Shown here piece by piece: positions 31,131 through 40,139 of a stretch of DNA of 64,000 bases. The notes under the pieces were generated by a model, which was not told the DNA's origin, ran no database searches, and was given only the letters and a program-made list of their open reading frames with translations. The translations under genes and the position numbers were made by a program. Origin of the DNA: a virus. Position 1 is the first letter of the stretch. Each line of letters begins with the position of its first letter. The stretch covers positions 32,001-96,000 of IMG/VR virus record IMGVR_UViG_3300043774_000656. One strand, written 5' to 3'.

Positions 31131-32523
31131 ACATCATAAAATAAAGTTCATGCTTAGGTCGGGTAATAGCAACGTAATGTACATTCATAGACTCTTGGTC
31201 CTCAACATCACCTGGGTCAAATGAAACACTCTTAAGTTCCTTTTCATCTAGTTCAAGACCATTATGTTGTATGATGTCAGGTGAAATTGAATTGACTACA
31301 ACACAGGTTGGAAACTCTCGACCTTTGCTCTTGTGAATGGTAGTAATGAAAGTTTTGCTCTCACTGTTCTCGTCTATAAACTGTATCAGCTCACTACCTT
31401 TACCAAAATCTGGCAAGATTCTTTTAAGCTTCCTGTTTAACTGAGGTGTCACACCTTCCTTTTTTCTAATAACATCTAGTTCATCTTTTGTAAAAACGTT
31501 CTGATACTTCATAGGTATCTTTTTAAGCAGGAACTTTTCTTCAAGACTTCTGATAACACTATTTGTTCTGGCCAATATCACAACCTCTTTCTTCTTCATT
31601 AACTTAAGAAGTTCATTTTCATCTATAAGATTCATGTGTACTTTACCTGGCTTATCAGAATGTGCCACTGCTTCAAGCGAACTGTAAGAGTTAGAATGCT
31701 CTACAATATTATAATCTGATCTGAAGTTTTTAGACAGACTGTACTCAACTGTAGTCTTATCTTGCTTAAGTAGCTTTTCAATCATATCACAATTAGAACC
31801 AGAGAAAGCGTATATGCTTTGGTTACGATCACCGATAAGATGGTAGATTTTTGCTTTAAGCTTTAGTAGGATCTTAAGCTGAAGTGCTGAAGTGTCCTGA
31901 TACTCATCGACGAACACATAATCATATCGCTTATGCATCTCATCATCCCAAGTTTTACTATCAGTAAGACGTAGTGTTTCAACCAGCATGTCAGTAAAGT
32001 CTCTACTGCCTGTCTGCTTCAGAAACCTAGTGTATTCAATAAAGAAATCTGGTAGCCTAGACTTTACGTTCTCCTGTTGAAGCATCTTATACTTAGAAAT
32101 TTGTGAGCTGCAGTATTCGGGCTCTCTTTCTAGCTTTTCAACTCTGCGCTTAAACGCAATCTTCTCATCAATCCTAGCCTTATTACCAGGTGAACAATTC
32201 TTTTTATACCAGTTTATGAAATGGTGGAAGTCTGCGGTCTTCTTAAACTTTCTACATTTAGCCAGGGTTGAAAGACAAAATGAATGTATCGTCGTGATAT
32301 TAACCCTAGGGTTTTTTATACGATTCCTCAATTCATTTACTGCGTCATTAGTAAAGCTAAAAAAGATTATCCGTTCTGGTTTAACGCCTTGTTCTAAAAG
32401 CCAAACCAGTCTACCTGCAGCAGACGCTGTTTTACCTGAACCTGCAGTTGCTGTGAGTATCACAGACTCTGGTCCATTGTGTGTAATAAACTTAAATTGT
32501 TCCTCTGTAAATTTTGAAGCCAT
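31108..32523 (-). CDS. UvrD/Rep-like SF1 helicase
   Basis: ATAGSGKT, TIHSF, VDEYQD, GDRNQSIY, NFRS, TIHKSKGREF, YVAITR. Confidence 0.92.
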   Translation of the reverse strand: MASKFTEEQFKFITHNGPESVILTATAGSGKTASAAGRLVWLLEQGVKPERIIFFSFTNDAVNELRNRIKNPRVNITTIHSFCLSTLAKCRKFKKTADFHHFINWYKKNCSPGNKARIDEKIAFKRRVEKLEREPEYCSSQISKYKMLQQENVKSRLPDFFIEYTRFLKQTGSRDFTDMLVETLRLTDSKTWDDEMHKRYDYVFVDEYQDTSALQLKILLKLKAKIYHLIGDRNQSIYAFSGSNCDMIEKLLKQDKTTVEYSLSKNFRSDYNIVEHSNSYSSLEAVAHSDKPGKVHMNLIDENELLKLMKKKEVVILARTNSVIRSLEEKFLLKKIPMKYQNVFTKDELDVIRKKEGVTPQLNRKLKRILPDFGKGSELIQFIDENSESKTFITTIHKSKGREFPTCVVVNSISPDIIQHNGLELDEKELKSVSFDPGDVEDQESMNVHYVAITRPKHELYFMMYDTKNID

Positions 32524-32543
32524 TTGATATCATTCAGTTATAA

Positions 32544-32570
32544 TTATACTGAAACAGATATCAAAGTTTT
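32544..32570 (-). promoter_or_regulatory. putative middle promoter AAAAC-N17-TATAA
   Basis: recurrent spaced motif upstream of helicase. Confidence 0.5.
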
Positions 32571-33268
32571 TACAGTTTACTGTTTTCAGATTTCCACTTC
32601 TCGTATCTGTCAGTGATCTCAATAAGTATCTTGTCACGCATGATATCTTCTTTCGTGAAAACAAAATCACCAATACCAGTAATGCCGTCAAGCATCTTTA
32701 CGAAACTAGGTAAAGCAACCTTATTCTTTTCAATATCATATTGGCTTACGTCACCTGATACAACAACTTTACTACCTTTACCCATACGTGATATGAAAAG
32801 CATAAGTTGTCTGAAGTCAGCGTTCTGTGCCTCATCAAGTATCATAATACAATCATGGAATGTACGACCTCTCATATAGGCAAGCGGCTCATACTTTATA
32901 AGATCTATAGACAATAACCAGTTAGCTGTGTCATTGCCAACGATCTGTGATAAACAATCCATGTAACTTTCCATGAATGGCTTAATCTTTTCGTCTACGG
33001 TACCTGGTAAAAAGCCAAGTTTTTCACCTGACTCCTGAATAGGTTTAGTAAGAATGATCTGGCTTATTTTACCTTCAGCAAGTAATTGCAGTGCAGCATA
33101 TACTGTAGTAAAAGTTTTAGATGTACCTGCTGGCCCATGGCAGAATGTTACTTTGTTTCTTAAGATGGCATCTTTGTACTCAGACTGCTTATCTTTAAGT
33201 GTAACGTGAGCTAAGTGAGCTAATGTAACCTCTGGTTGCTTAGTTCTTCTTGATGTTTTGCTTCCCAA
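32570..33268 (-). CDS. phoH: PhoH-like ATPase
   Basis: GPAGTSKT, LGFLPG, PLAYMRGRTF, LDEAQN, SGDVSQ. Confidence 0.93.
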   Translation of the reverse strand: MGSKTSRRTKQPEVTLAHLAHVTLKDKQSEYKDAILRNKVTFCHGPAGTSKTFTTVYAALQLLAEGKISQIILTKPIQESGEKLGFLPGTVDEKIKPFMESYMDCLSQIVGNDTANWLLSIDLIKYEPLAYMRGRTFHDCIMILDEAQNADFRQLMLFISRMGKGSKVVVSGDVSQYDIEKNKVALPSFVKMLDGITGIGDFVFTKEDIMRDKILIEITDRYEKWKSENSKL

Positions 33269-33512
33269 ATTCTTGAGCTTTTTGTTTGATTAAAACCAGT
33301 TCATGACACATTTCATATTCTTCATACTTCTCAAAGTATTCTATCACTTTATCAATAGCACGTAATCTGATTTTCATATTGTATGGAATTTCAATAACCT
33401 CATCCATGTCTTCATAGATAATGAAGATATCGTTGATATCGGATTTCAACATACAGTTATAACATTTCTTGATAAGCTTATCCAACTCATCATCTTTAAC
33501 TGGCTTTTCCAT
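33240..33512 (-). CDS. small protein with UVR-like C-terminal motif
   Basis: IEYFEKYEEYEMCHEL. Confidence 0.6.
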   Translation of the reverse strand: MEKPVKDDELDKLIKKCYNCMLKSDINDIFIIYEDMDEVIEIPYNMKIRLRAIDKVIEYFEKYEEYEMCHELVLIKQKAQEFGKQNIKKN

Positions 33513-33530
33513 ACCATTGGTTATTAGTAA

Positions 33531-33767
33531 TTAGACCTTTTCGTTTTTATCCCATTTAGAAAGTATGTCTTTCCAAAGGTCCTTAAGATCTTCAGCCTGT
33601 TCTTTAATCGGCGGCATTTCCGTTTTATGCTCTGTCTTGTTATTAGTTATTCTAATCAGAGCAAATGATTTAACAACATTAGCAACATTTACTCCTGCTA
33701 CAAATATAAGCAAGATAGTTCCTAAGAAATTATACCAAGTACTTAAAATAAATTGAAGTGTTTCCAT
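33531..33767 (-). CDS. small membrane protein
   Basis: one N-terminal hydrophobic helix. Confidence 0.6.
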   Translation of the reverse strand: METLQFILSTWYNFLGTILLIFVAGVNVANVVKSFALIRITNNKTEHKTEMPPIKEQAEDLKDLWKDILSKWDKNEKV

Positions 33768-33768
33768 A

Positions 33769-34095
33769 TTATTTCTTTTTAGCCTTTTCAGCCTTTTCAG
33801 CTTCCTGCTTCTTCTTCAAAGCTTCGGCTTTCATAAAAATTTTATAATCAAGTTGAGCCAGATTTGAAACTATCAAAGACTTTCTATACTTTAGCGTTTC
33901 AATCGCGGCTTTATCTGCGTCACCTTTCTGTAAAAGCTCTTGTGCTTTTGCAGCTGCGGCATTTGCTTTATCCATATTCGCCCTCATCTTTTCCTTTAAA
34001 GCATCAATCTTTTGATTGCGAATAGCATCGTCAGTTAAGCCGTCTCCTGCTCCTTCATTTATAAATATATCGTATTTACTTATTAACTGTTTCAA
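33769..34095 (-). CDS. coiled-coil putative internal head protein
   Basis: N-terminus MKQLISKYDIFINE; K/A-rich helix. Confidence 0.6.
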   Translation of the reverse strand: MKQLISKYDIFINEGAGDGLTDDAIRNQKIDALKEKMRANMDKANAAAAKAQELLQKGDADKAAIETLKYRKSLIVSNLAQLDYKIFMKAEALKKKQEAEKAEKAKKK

Positions 34096-34324
34096 TTTTT
34101 AATATATCTTTTTTAACCTCGATCAGATAAGCGCATTTTTCATATTCTTCTTTACCTTCAAAGAAGTTTAACATATTATCGATCGTCTTAATCTTTATTC
34201 TATAATCAGTCGGCGCATCTATAGCCTCCTGTCTAAAATTAAGTAAAAGATCATAGCCTGTGTTGAAGAAACGTTCTTTACTAACCTCCTTCAAAGCAGT
34301 AATAAATTCATTTACGTCATCCAT
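34076..34324 (-). CDS. small protein with UVR-like motif (paralogue of 33240-33512)
   Basis: IKIKTIDNMLNFFEGKEEYEKCAYL. Confidence 0.6.
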   Translation of the reverse strand: MDDVNEFITALKEVSKERFFNTGYDLLLNFRQEAIDAPTDYRIKIKTIDNMLNFFEGKEEYEKCAYLIEVKKDILKIETVNK

Positions 34325-34327
34325 ATA

Positions 34328-34335
34328 GTATATAT
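34328..34335 (-). promoter_or_regulatory. putative late promoter ATATATAC
   Basis: recurrent motif. Confidence 0.5.
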
Positions 34336-34340
34336 CAACT

Positions 34341-35024
34341 TTAAAGCTTTATCAAAAAATGAAGTATCTTCTTAATAACGTATTCATAACCTGGGCTTTT
34401 CTCAAAATGCGGACTGACGGCTACAACATGGCCTTCACCATATATGGTATGTACTGCGGCAGGTGTATCAATTACTTGACCTGCTGTGCCCTTTTCAGAG
34501 TAAATATCTTCAGTAAACGTCATCAGCACATTCTCTTCTACAGATAAGCTTTCAATAAATCGTTGCCACACCGGGCCATTATGGTAATAGATACCTGGTA
34601 GTACGTCTTCTTTTATCTTTAGAAGTTTCTTACCCTTATCTGTCATCTTAAACGACATGTTTGTCTCACCTCTATGTGCGTTCTCTTTATCAACTAATTC
34701 GTAGTTAATTAAACCAAGTGACCACGTATAACCTGAAGATAGAGCATAAGCCCCAGCGCATACACCAAGTACTTTACCCCCATTTTTTACATAATTTATT
34801 AAGGCAGCTCGACCTACCCATTCCAGTGTATTACATATTTTACTACCACTTCCGCCTGGCAATATAATGCAATCGTATTGCTTAAGTATATCATGTGTGA
34901 AGTCGCTTTCTTTCAGCACAGATAAGTCTCCGATTAAACCAGACTTATAGTGTTTAAGCCATACGTTAATTGTATTAGATGTTACGCCATCGCTGATATA
35001 AAGTCCTATCCTTTTATTTCTCAT
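34341..35024 (-). CDS. class I glutamine amidotransferase-like protein (BPL_N type)
   Basis: IILPGG, GGKVLGVCAGAY nucleophile elbow, YHNGP, SPHFE. Confidence 0.8.
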   Translation of the reverse strand: MRNKRIGLYISDGVTSNTINVWLKHYKSGLIGDLSVLKESDFTHDILKQYDCIILPGGSGSKICNTLEWVGRAALINYVKNGGKVLGVCAGAYALSSGYTWSLGLINYELVDKENAHRGETNMSFKMTDKGKKLLKIKEDVLPGIYYHNGPVWQRFIESLSVEENVLMTFTEDIYSEKGTAGQVIDTPAAVHTIYGEGHVVAVSPHFEKSPGYEYVIKKILHFLIKL

Positions 35025-35829
35025 AAGTCTTTAATTGTTCTATAAGATTTTTCTCTTCGCTAGAAATTTGTCTAGGAAAAACAGGTCTTATCTTAACCAT
35101 TAGATTACCTTTCTTGTCACTGTCATAGAAAGGCATACCGCAACCAGGTATTGCTATAGTGCCTTCAGTCATTGGTGATATAGTATGCATCAGTGAACCC
35201 TCAGGTGCAGGTATTTCAACATGACCACCTGCCATGATCGTATAAATATGAACATTGAGATCTATGAACAGGTCAGCACCTCTTCTAATAAAGCGCTCAT
35301 CCATCAGCACAGTAGGTATGATAATCAGATCTCCTTTATTCAGTGCAGAATTATAGGGATGCGGATAACCTAAACCTCTTATTCTTAACTTCTGACCTGT
35401 TTCTACACCTTTCTTAATGTTTATCTTATATGACTTGCCATTTAACTGGACATCTTTGCTAACTCCTGTATAAGCCTCTTGCATAGTCAGAGTCATCTGT
35501 ATGATAATATCAGGACCCTTTTTAACACCTTGACTTCCATATATTTCGTCAAATGCCTGTGACCAGCCCTGTGAAAACATAGTGTCTTTTATGAAATCAT
35601 AGTTATCGGCGTATTGCATGCGCTGACCAGAATGGTCATACTTAGCCCTCTTACCCTCATCACCTAAAATATCATATGCTTCTGATATCTGTTTGAATTT
35701 TTCTTCAGCAGCTGTATCACCAGGGTTCTTATCAGGATGGTATTTTATAGCCAAAGATCTATAGGCTTTCTTAATATCATCTTGACTGGAACCCTTCTCG
35801 ACACCCAGTATTTCATAAAAATTTTTCAT
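35014..35829 (-). CDS. DnaJ/CbpA-type co-chaperone (no zinc finger)
   Basis: J domain with HPD motif and DnaJ C-terminal domain. Confidence 0.92.
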   Translation of the reverse strand: MKNFYEILGVEKGSSQDDIKKAYRSLAIKYHPDKNPGDTAAEEKFKQISEAYDILGDEGKRAKYDHSGQRMQYADNYDFIKDTMFSQGWSQAFDEIYGSQGVKKGPDIIIQMTLTMQEAYTGVSKDVQLNGKSYKINIKKGVETGQKLRIRGLGYPHPYNSALNKGDLIIIPTVLMDERFIRRGADLFIDLNVHIYTIMAGGHVEIPAPEGSLMHTISPMTEGTIAIPGCGMPFYDSDKKGNLMVKIRPVFPRQISSEEKNLIEQLKTYEK

Positions 35830-35837
35830 GTAATGGT

Positions 35838-36029
35838 TTAGAGATCCAGCTTGCTTTCGTTAAGCTGCTTCGTTTTCAATGCTCTCTCCTTTCTGTTTTC
35901 TAAGAGCATCCTTTCGGTTAATAGATTCTGGGCTTCAATAGCTTCTGAGAGCTTATTTAAAGATTTAATAAGTGAGGGTAAATCATTGTCATAATACTTT
36001 TTACCCATTATAGTTTTGTGAAATTCCAT
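35838..36029 (-). CDS. hypothetical protein
   Basis: 63-aa ORF, FHKTIMGKKYY. Confidence 0.6.
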   Translation of the reverse strand: MEFHKTIMGKKYYDNDLPSLIKSLNKLSEAIEAQNLLTERMLLENRKERALKTKQLNESKLDL

Positions 36030-36041
36030 ATCCTTTATTGT

Positions 36042-36069
36042 TTATATGGTTACTGGAGCAAACGGTTTA
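36042..36069 (-). promoter_or_regulatory. putative middle promoter TAAAC-N18-TATAA
   Basis: recurrent spaced motif. Confidence 0.45.
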
Positions 36070-36277
36070 CGTATGAGCCTGGATTAGCTAAAGGTGGTTG
36101 AGTATCGGATGACGATAGGATATCGGCATTAGAACCCTTTATTCTTCTTTTCAATCTGCGTTTCGGTGTCATCGGAAAGATGTTATCATTCTTGCTAACA
36201 TTTCCTACACCTTCAGTACCTGTATTAAGTATACCTAAACCCTCATTTACAAATTGTGAAAACGATAAAAGTTTCAT
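36050..36277 (-). CDS. small putative internal head protein
   Basis: N-terminus MKLLSFSQFVNE. Confidence 0.6.
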   Translation of the reverse strand: MKLLSFSQFVNEGLGILNTGTEGVGNVSKNDNIFPMTPKRRLKRRIKGSNADILSSSDTQPPLANPGSYVNRLLQ

Positions 36278-36501
36278 GGGATGATTACTGCTTTTTCATA
36301 AGGTATTGTGCCGCCTTTTACCCTAAAGCTTTTCTTTACACCACCGATATTTCCGCCGCAATTGCAACTGCCAGTGGTAAAAACACCATATTGATCATAT
36401 ATTTCACCAACCCTGAACATAACTCCCCTAGGCGTTTTATGATTCTTAATAATCTTTATTCTACCTGAAGGTTTTCTAGTTACCGTATTGATACCGTTCA
36501 T
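36274..36501 (-). CDS. hypothetical protein
   Basis: ORF coupled to neighbours. Confidence 0.55.
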   Translation of the reverse strand: MNGINTVTRKPSGRIKIIKNHKTPRGVMFRVGEIYDQYGVFTTGSCNCGGNIGGVKKSFRVKGGTIPYEKAVIIP

Positions 36502-36782
36502 TAGTCCTTTTTGCTTTCTGCCTTCTTTTCAAGGTTCTTTAATTGGATATCTGCAGCAATAGAATCTGTACCTGCTTCGGCCTTTTTATGAATAAGCTTT
36601 GCTTTGGTTACCTCGTCCTGTTTAACACCATCCTTATTCTCTACTTTGTCCAAGGCTTCTTTAGCTTTAGCTTCAGACTGCTTAGCAGTCTTTAATTTAT
36701 CAGCCATGTCTTTTTGCTTCTTGCGCTCTTCAGCTGCATCAGAAGCTTCAAATAAAAATTGACCAAAGTTTTTATAGTTCAT
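36501..36782 (-). CDS. charged coiled-coil putative internal head protein
   Basis: probable start MNYKNFGQFLFE at 36782. Confidence 0.6.
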   Translation of the reverse strand: MNYKNFGQFLFEASDAAEERKKQKDMADKLKTAKQSEAKAKEALDKVENKDGVKQDEVTKAKLIHKKAEAGTDSIAADIQLKNLEKKAESKKD

Positions 36783-37008
36783 CTTTCTTAAGTTTTTTAC
36801 GAGAGTAGAAATAAAGCCCAAAGAATAATCCCGACAGGCAGTAAAAAATAGCGTCCGTAATCCAGTATGAGCCTGTCAGGTCCATAACCATTTTGAATGC
36901 TGCATCGAATCCAAAAGGGTTGAAAAATGTTGCAAAGATTAAGTAGAGCGTTGGTCTGTCTATCTTCTTTAGTGCAACTGTCGCCTTCGTCCTGTTCTTT
37001 AAGTTCAC
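36772..37008 (-). CDS. small membrane protein
   Basis: two hydrophobic segments (FFNPFGFDA motif). Confidence 0.5.
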   Translation of the reverse strand: MNLKNRTKATVALKKIDRPTLYLIFATFFNPFGFDAAFKMVMDLTGSYWITDAIFYCLSGLFFGLYFYSRKKLKKDEL

Positions 37009-37039
37009 AATTTACTGTGCTGCTTTCCATGTTTTTATT

Positions 37040-37327
37040 TTATTTGTCGCCACTTAACTTACGTCTGGTTTCCATGTTTCTTTTTACCAAAGCGGTTTCA
37101 CCATTTGCAAAGTCCTGATAAGGGAGCGACTTGTCCTCTACTGAATGTGGGGTTGGATATAAATAATCAACCTTCTTTGTGGCAGACTGTCCAATCTTTT
37201 TATCCCAATACTCTTTAAACTGGAGAACACTACCTCTAAAATATCTGATATCTTCTAGGTTAGGGTCCTGTTCAGCACTGGGTTGTACAGCCTTCTCAAA
37301 TACAGCATATGACTCTATGAATTTCAT
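37040..37327 (-). CDS. small putative internal head protein
   Basis: N-terminus MKFIESYAVFE; late motif upstream. Confidence 0.55.
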   Translation of the reverse strand: MKFIESYAVFEKAVQPSAEQDPNLEDIRYFRGSVLQFKEYWDKKIGQSATKKVDYLYPTPHSVEDKSLPYQDFANGETALVKRNMETRRKLSGDK

Positions 37328-37330
37328 ATG

Positions 37331-37338
37331 GTATATAT
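37331..37338 (-). promoter_or_regulatory. putative late promoter ATATATAC
   Basis: motif 3 nt upstream of ATG. Confidence 0.5.
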
Positions 37339-37340
37339 TA

Positions 37341-37359
37341 GGGCCACCACAGATGGCCC
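37341..37359 (-). terminator. hairpin after zinc-ribbon gene (possible terminator or processing site)
   Basis: GGGCCA..TGGCCC stem, no clear U-tract. Confidence 0.4.
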
Positions 37360-37365
37360 TAATTG

Positions 37366-38238
37366 TTAGATCTTTTTACCGCAAGTTGCACAGAACTTCC
37401 AAGTGGCCTTAAATTTAGTACCACAGTCTGTACAGTAATGTGCTACAGCAGCTTGCTTTTTGATATCCTGTGAATAGATCTTCTTCTGACTGATAGGTAA
37501 AATCTTGATCTTAGTTCTAGAACAGGGTATAGATTCAAATTCCATATTAACCTCTACAAAACTTTGATCGCTTTTTGAACCTTCGGCAATGCGGCCAGTT
37601 TCAGTAAGCCTTTCTTTGTATGACTGATCTGTAACTATGTTATTAGACACGCTGTTATCAAATGAAAGATACGCATCAGATGCTGTAGAGTAAAAATTAA
37701 GATTGTCTGATGTGGTGATAGTACCATCAAACATACCGCCGGTGTTCATGCTACCGCCTGTGTTTACAATACCACCTATGTTGTATAAACCATTCTGCCA
37801 GGTACCTGCTCTCCAGCCAGCACCACTATCATGATAATAATTACCTGTAGAAGGATTGATATAGGTATAAATCTTTTTACTAAAGAACTCTACTTCTACA
37901 GATCCATTATTTTCAATAGCTTCCTGTACTTCTTTTGAGCTACCGACCTGATAAGTCTCAAATTTGAAACGATTGTTTTTGTCAAGATATCTTTCAAGCC
38001 AGATTCTTTCACCCGGTCTAACTATAATACCAGACTGGCTAATGTTTTGACCATTAAGTTTAATAACAGCCAAGGCTTCTACTTTACTTGGATTGAATAA
38101 TTCGATCTCGAACTCTTGACCATCTTCGAGATAAACATTACCGTCATATTGTTTAAGACGGTTCTTTTTTGTGCTGATGTTAGCATATGGTTGTTTACCA
38201 AACCCCCATGTGCCGTTTGTGTTTGTAATGTACGACAT
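37366..38238 (-). CDS. hypothetical protein with C-terminal zinc ribbon
   Basis: CTDCG..WKFCATCG C-terminus; Ig-like N-terminal part. Confidence 0.7.
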   Translation of the reverse strand: MSYITNTNGTWGFGKQPYANISTKKNRLKQYDGNVYLEDGQEFEIELFNPSKVEALAVIKLNGQNISQSGIIVRPGERIWLERYLDKNNRFKFETYQVGSSKEVQEAIENNGSVEVEFFSKKIYTYINPSTGNYYHDSGAGWRAGTWQNGLYNIGGIVNTGGSMNTGGMFDGTITTSDNLNFYSTASDAYLSFDNSVSNNIVTDQSYKERLTETGRIAEGSKSDQSFVEVNMEFESIPCSRTKIKILPISQKKIYSQDIKKQAAVAHYCTDCGTKFKATWKFCATCGKKI

Positions 38239-38266
38239 ACTTCTTTACTTTATTTTAGTTTAGCGG

Positions 38267-38325
38267 TTACTAATCTCTTTGTCCTTTCGAACTCTCGGCT
38301 ATCTGTGGTAGCCCGAGACCAATAA
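38267..38325 (-). ncRNA. candidate structured 5' leader RNA (three-way junction)
   Basis: hand-folded P1 UUAUUGGUCUC/GAGAUUAGUAA, P2 GGCUA/UAGCC, P3 GUUC-GAAA-GGAC. Confidence 0.45.
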
Positions 38326-38339
38326 CACGAAGTTACAAA

Positions 38340-38347
38340 TTATATAT
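38340..38347 (-). promoter_or_regulatory. putative late promoter variant ATATATAA
   Basis: 14 nt upstream of the structured leader. Confidence 0.4.
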
Positions 38348-38350
38348 CAA

Positions 38351-39469
38351 TTATACCGCGATCGGTACATTCTTAAAGTTAGCATGGCAACCATAACCTA
38401 CAATCTCAAAATCATCATAGCTATAGTGTGTTACATTAGCTCTCTTATTCTTGATTACAAGCTTAGGTAAGTTCTCGTACGGCTCTCTTTTAATCTGTTC
38501 TTTCGCGAAGTCTAAGTGATTGTTGTATAAGTGAACATCGCCAAGTGAACAGATAAGCTTATCTGGCTCCATGTTTACAACATCTGCTAGTAAATGTAAA
38601 AGCAGGGCATAAGATGATATGTTAAATGGAAGACCGAGAAATGTATCAACACTTCTCTGGTTCCACATGAGAGATATGCCTCTTTCTGGTACACCAAGTT
38701 CGGTTAATACTCTATGACATTCCTTTTTACTTAAATTACCAATAGGAAAATCTAACACATCAAATGTTGGTAGTTTTTCCCATGCCTTTATGCGTTCAGT
38801 TATGTTTAGTTTTCTGGTATAAACCTGGAAGCCATAGTGACAAGGAGGCAAAGCCATCTGATCAACTTGTGCTACATTCCAGGCATTAACCATAAGTCTT
38901 CTGCTATCAGGATTGTTTTTAAGATCATCCACAAGTTTATTGATCTGATTGATGCCCTCAAAGTAAACAGGGCCTCCTGTCATTGTTTGATGTCTTCTCC
39001 CTGCTTCTCCGCCCCAGTCAACCCATTGTTTTCCATACACAGGTCCTAAGTCACCAAACTGTTTAGCAAAATGTTCATCTAGAACTATAGCCTCATTAAA
39101 TTCTTGAATAGTCATCATTCTGGTGATATTCAAATTAGGATCATCGATGTGATACCTATAATCAGGCTCTTCTAGTTGAGAAGCATAATCATAATAGTTC
39201 TGATAGGGCCATTCTGACCAGATAGTTACACCTTCTTTTACCAGGCTTCTAATGTTTGTCTCACCTCTTAAAAACCAAAGTAGTTCATGTGCAACCGACT
39301 TAAAGTGAACCTTCTTTGTAGTAAGAAGCGGAAAACCTTCAGACATGTCAAATTCAAGTTGTCGACCAAATACTGATACTGTGCCAGTACCTGTTCTGTC
39401 TTCCTTTGAAACGCCATTGTTCATTATATCTGCGATCAGATCGAGATACTTTTTATCTAGACTATTCAT
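38351..39469 (-). CDS. thyA: thymidylate synthase
   Basis: DRTGTG, FPLLTTK, ELLWFLRG, PDSRR, ALPPCH, QRSVD, GLPFN, GDVHLY. Confidence 0.97.
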   Translation of the reverse strand: MNSLDKKYLDLIADIMNNGVSKEDRTGTGTVSVFGRQLEFDMSEGFPLLTTKKVHFKSVAHELLWFLRGETNIRSLVKEGVTIWSEWPYQNYYDYASQLEEPDYRYHIDDPNLNITRMMTIQEFNEAIVLDEHFAKQFGDLGPVYGKQWVDWGGEAGRRHQTMTGGPVYFEGINQINKLVDDLKNNPDSRRLMVNAWNVAQVDQMALPPCHYGFQVYTRKLNITERIKAWEKLPTFDVLDFPIGNLSKKECHRVLTELGVPERGISLMWNQRSVDTFLGLPFNISSYALLLHLLADVVNMEPDKLICSLGDVHLYNNHLDFAKEQIKREPYENLPKLVIKNKRANVTHYSYDDFEIVGYGCHANFKNVPIAV

Positions 39470-39656
39470 TTGAAAAAAGTTTTGTAAGTTCTATAGAGTT
39501 ACCCTCACCTACAAGTTTAACCACTTCAGATGAAAATTCATCTTCACAAAAGACAGCATCAGGTTTTGTTACATAGACAGTGATACCTTCTATGCCTCTT
39601 GCTTTGAAAACTTGTAAAAGAGATTTTTGATTAAGAATACGTTTATTGAAGCCCAT
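39462..39656 (-). CDS. hypothetical protein
   Basis: 64-aa ORF (MGFNKR) coupled to thyA. Confidence 0.6.
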   Translation of the reverse strand: MGFNKRILNQKSLLQVFKARGIEGITVYVTKPDAVFCEDEFSSEVVKLVGEGNSIELTKLFSNE

Positions 39657-39686
39657 ATTAAATAGTACGGCTTAAATCGAAATAGT

Positions 39687-40139
39687 TTAACGAACGTTGG
39701 TAAAATAAATGTATGGAAAAAAGTTCTCCATTTGCTGTCTGAAATCATCAGTCTTGATTGCAACTTCAGGCTCTTTGATCGAACCGGTTGGATCATCATC
39801 TATAAGTTCTTGCCAGTACTTAACCTTAAATGAATCTGGCTCAGTTTCATTTTTACATAAGAAGTACTCATACCTGTCTCTCTTATTAGAGCTGTCAAGC
39901 ATGATGTGATGTATTTCATTATTGTATTGACGCATCCTCTCATCGTCAAGATCATAAAAGATACCAACCTTTTTTAAGACCCAGCCTATACCGTTTCTGT
40001 TAATGATAGAAATATAGGCCAGCTTACCCTTATCCCAGTCGGTTGCATAGTAGTCTATCTGATGGCCATTTGCATCAATAGATCCATAGTTACCTGAAGC
40101 CTCAAGTAGAAATTCGCCAAAGTTTTTAATGCTTCTCAT
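39687..40139 (-). CDS. putative internal head protein
   Basis: N-terminus MRSIKNFGEFLLE. Confidence 0.6.
   Translation of the reverse strand: MRSIKNFGEFLLEASGNYGSIDANGHQIDYYATDWDKGKLAYISIINRNGIGWVLKKVGIFYDLDDERMRQYNNEIHHIMLDSSNKRDRYEYFLCKNETEPDSFKVKYWQELIDDDPTGSIKEPEVAIKTDDFRQQMENFFPYIYFTNVR

Noticed and set aside
38267-38325. Hammerhead ribozyme
   Set aside because: Three-way junction present, but the CUGAnGA and GAAA junction core is missing
38351-39469. Intron or intein in thyA (372 aa, longer than E. coli ThyA)
   Set aside because: Continuous ORF; the extra length is short insertions with no intein C/HN motifs or homing endonuclease
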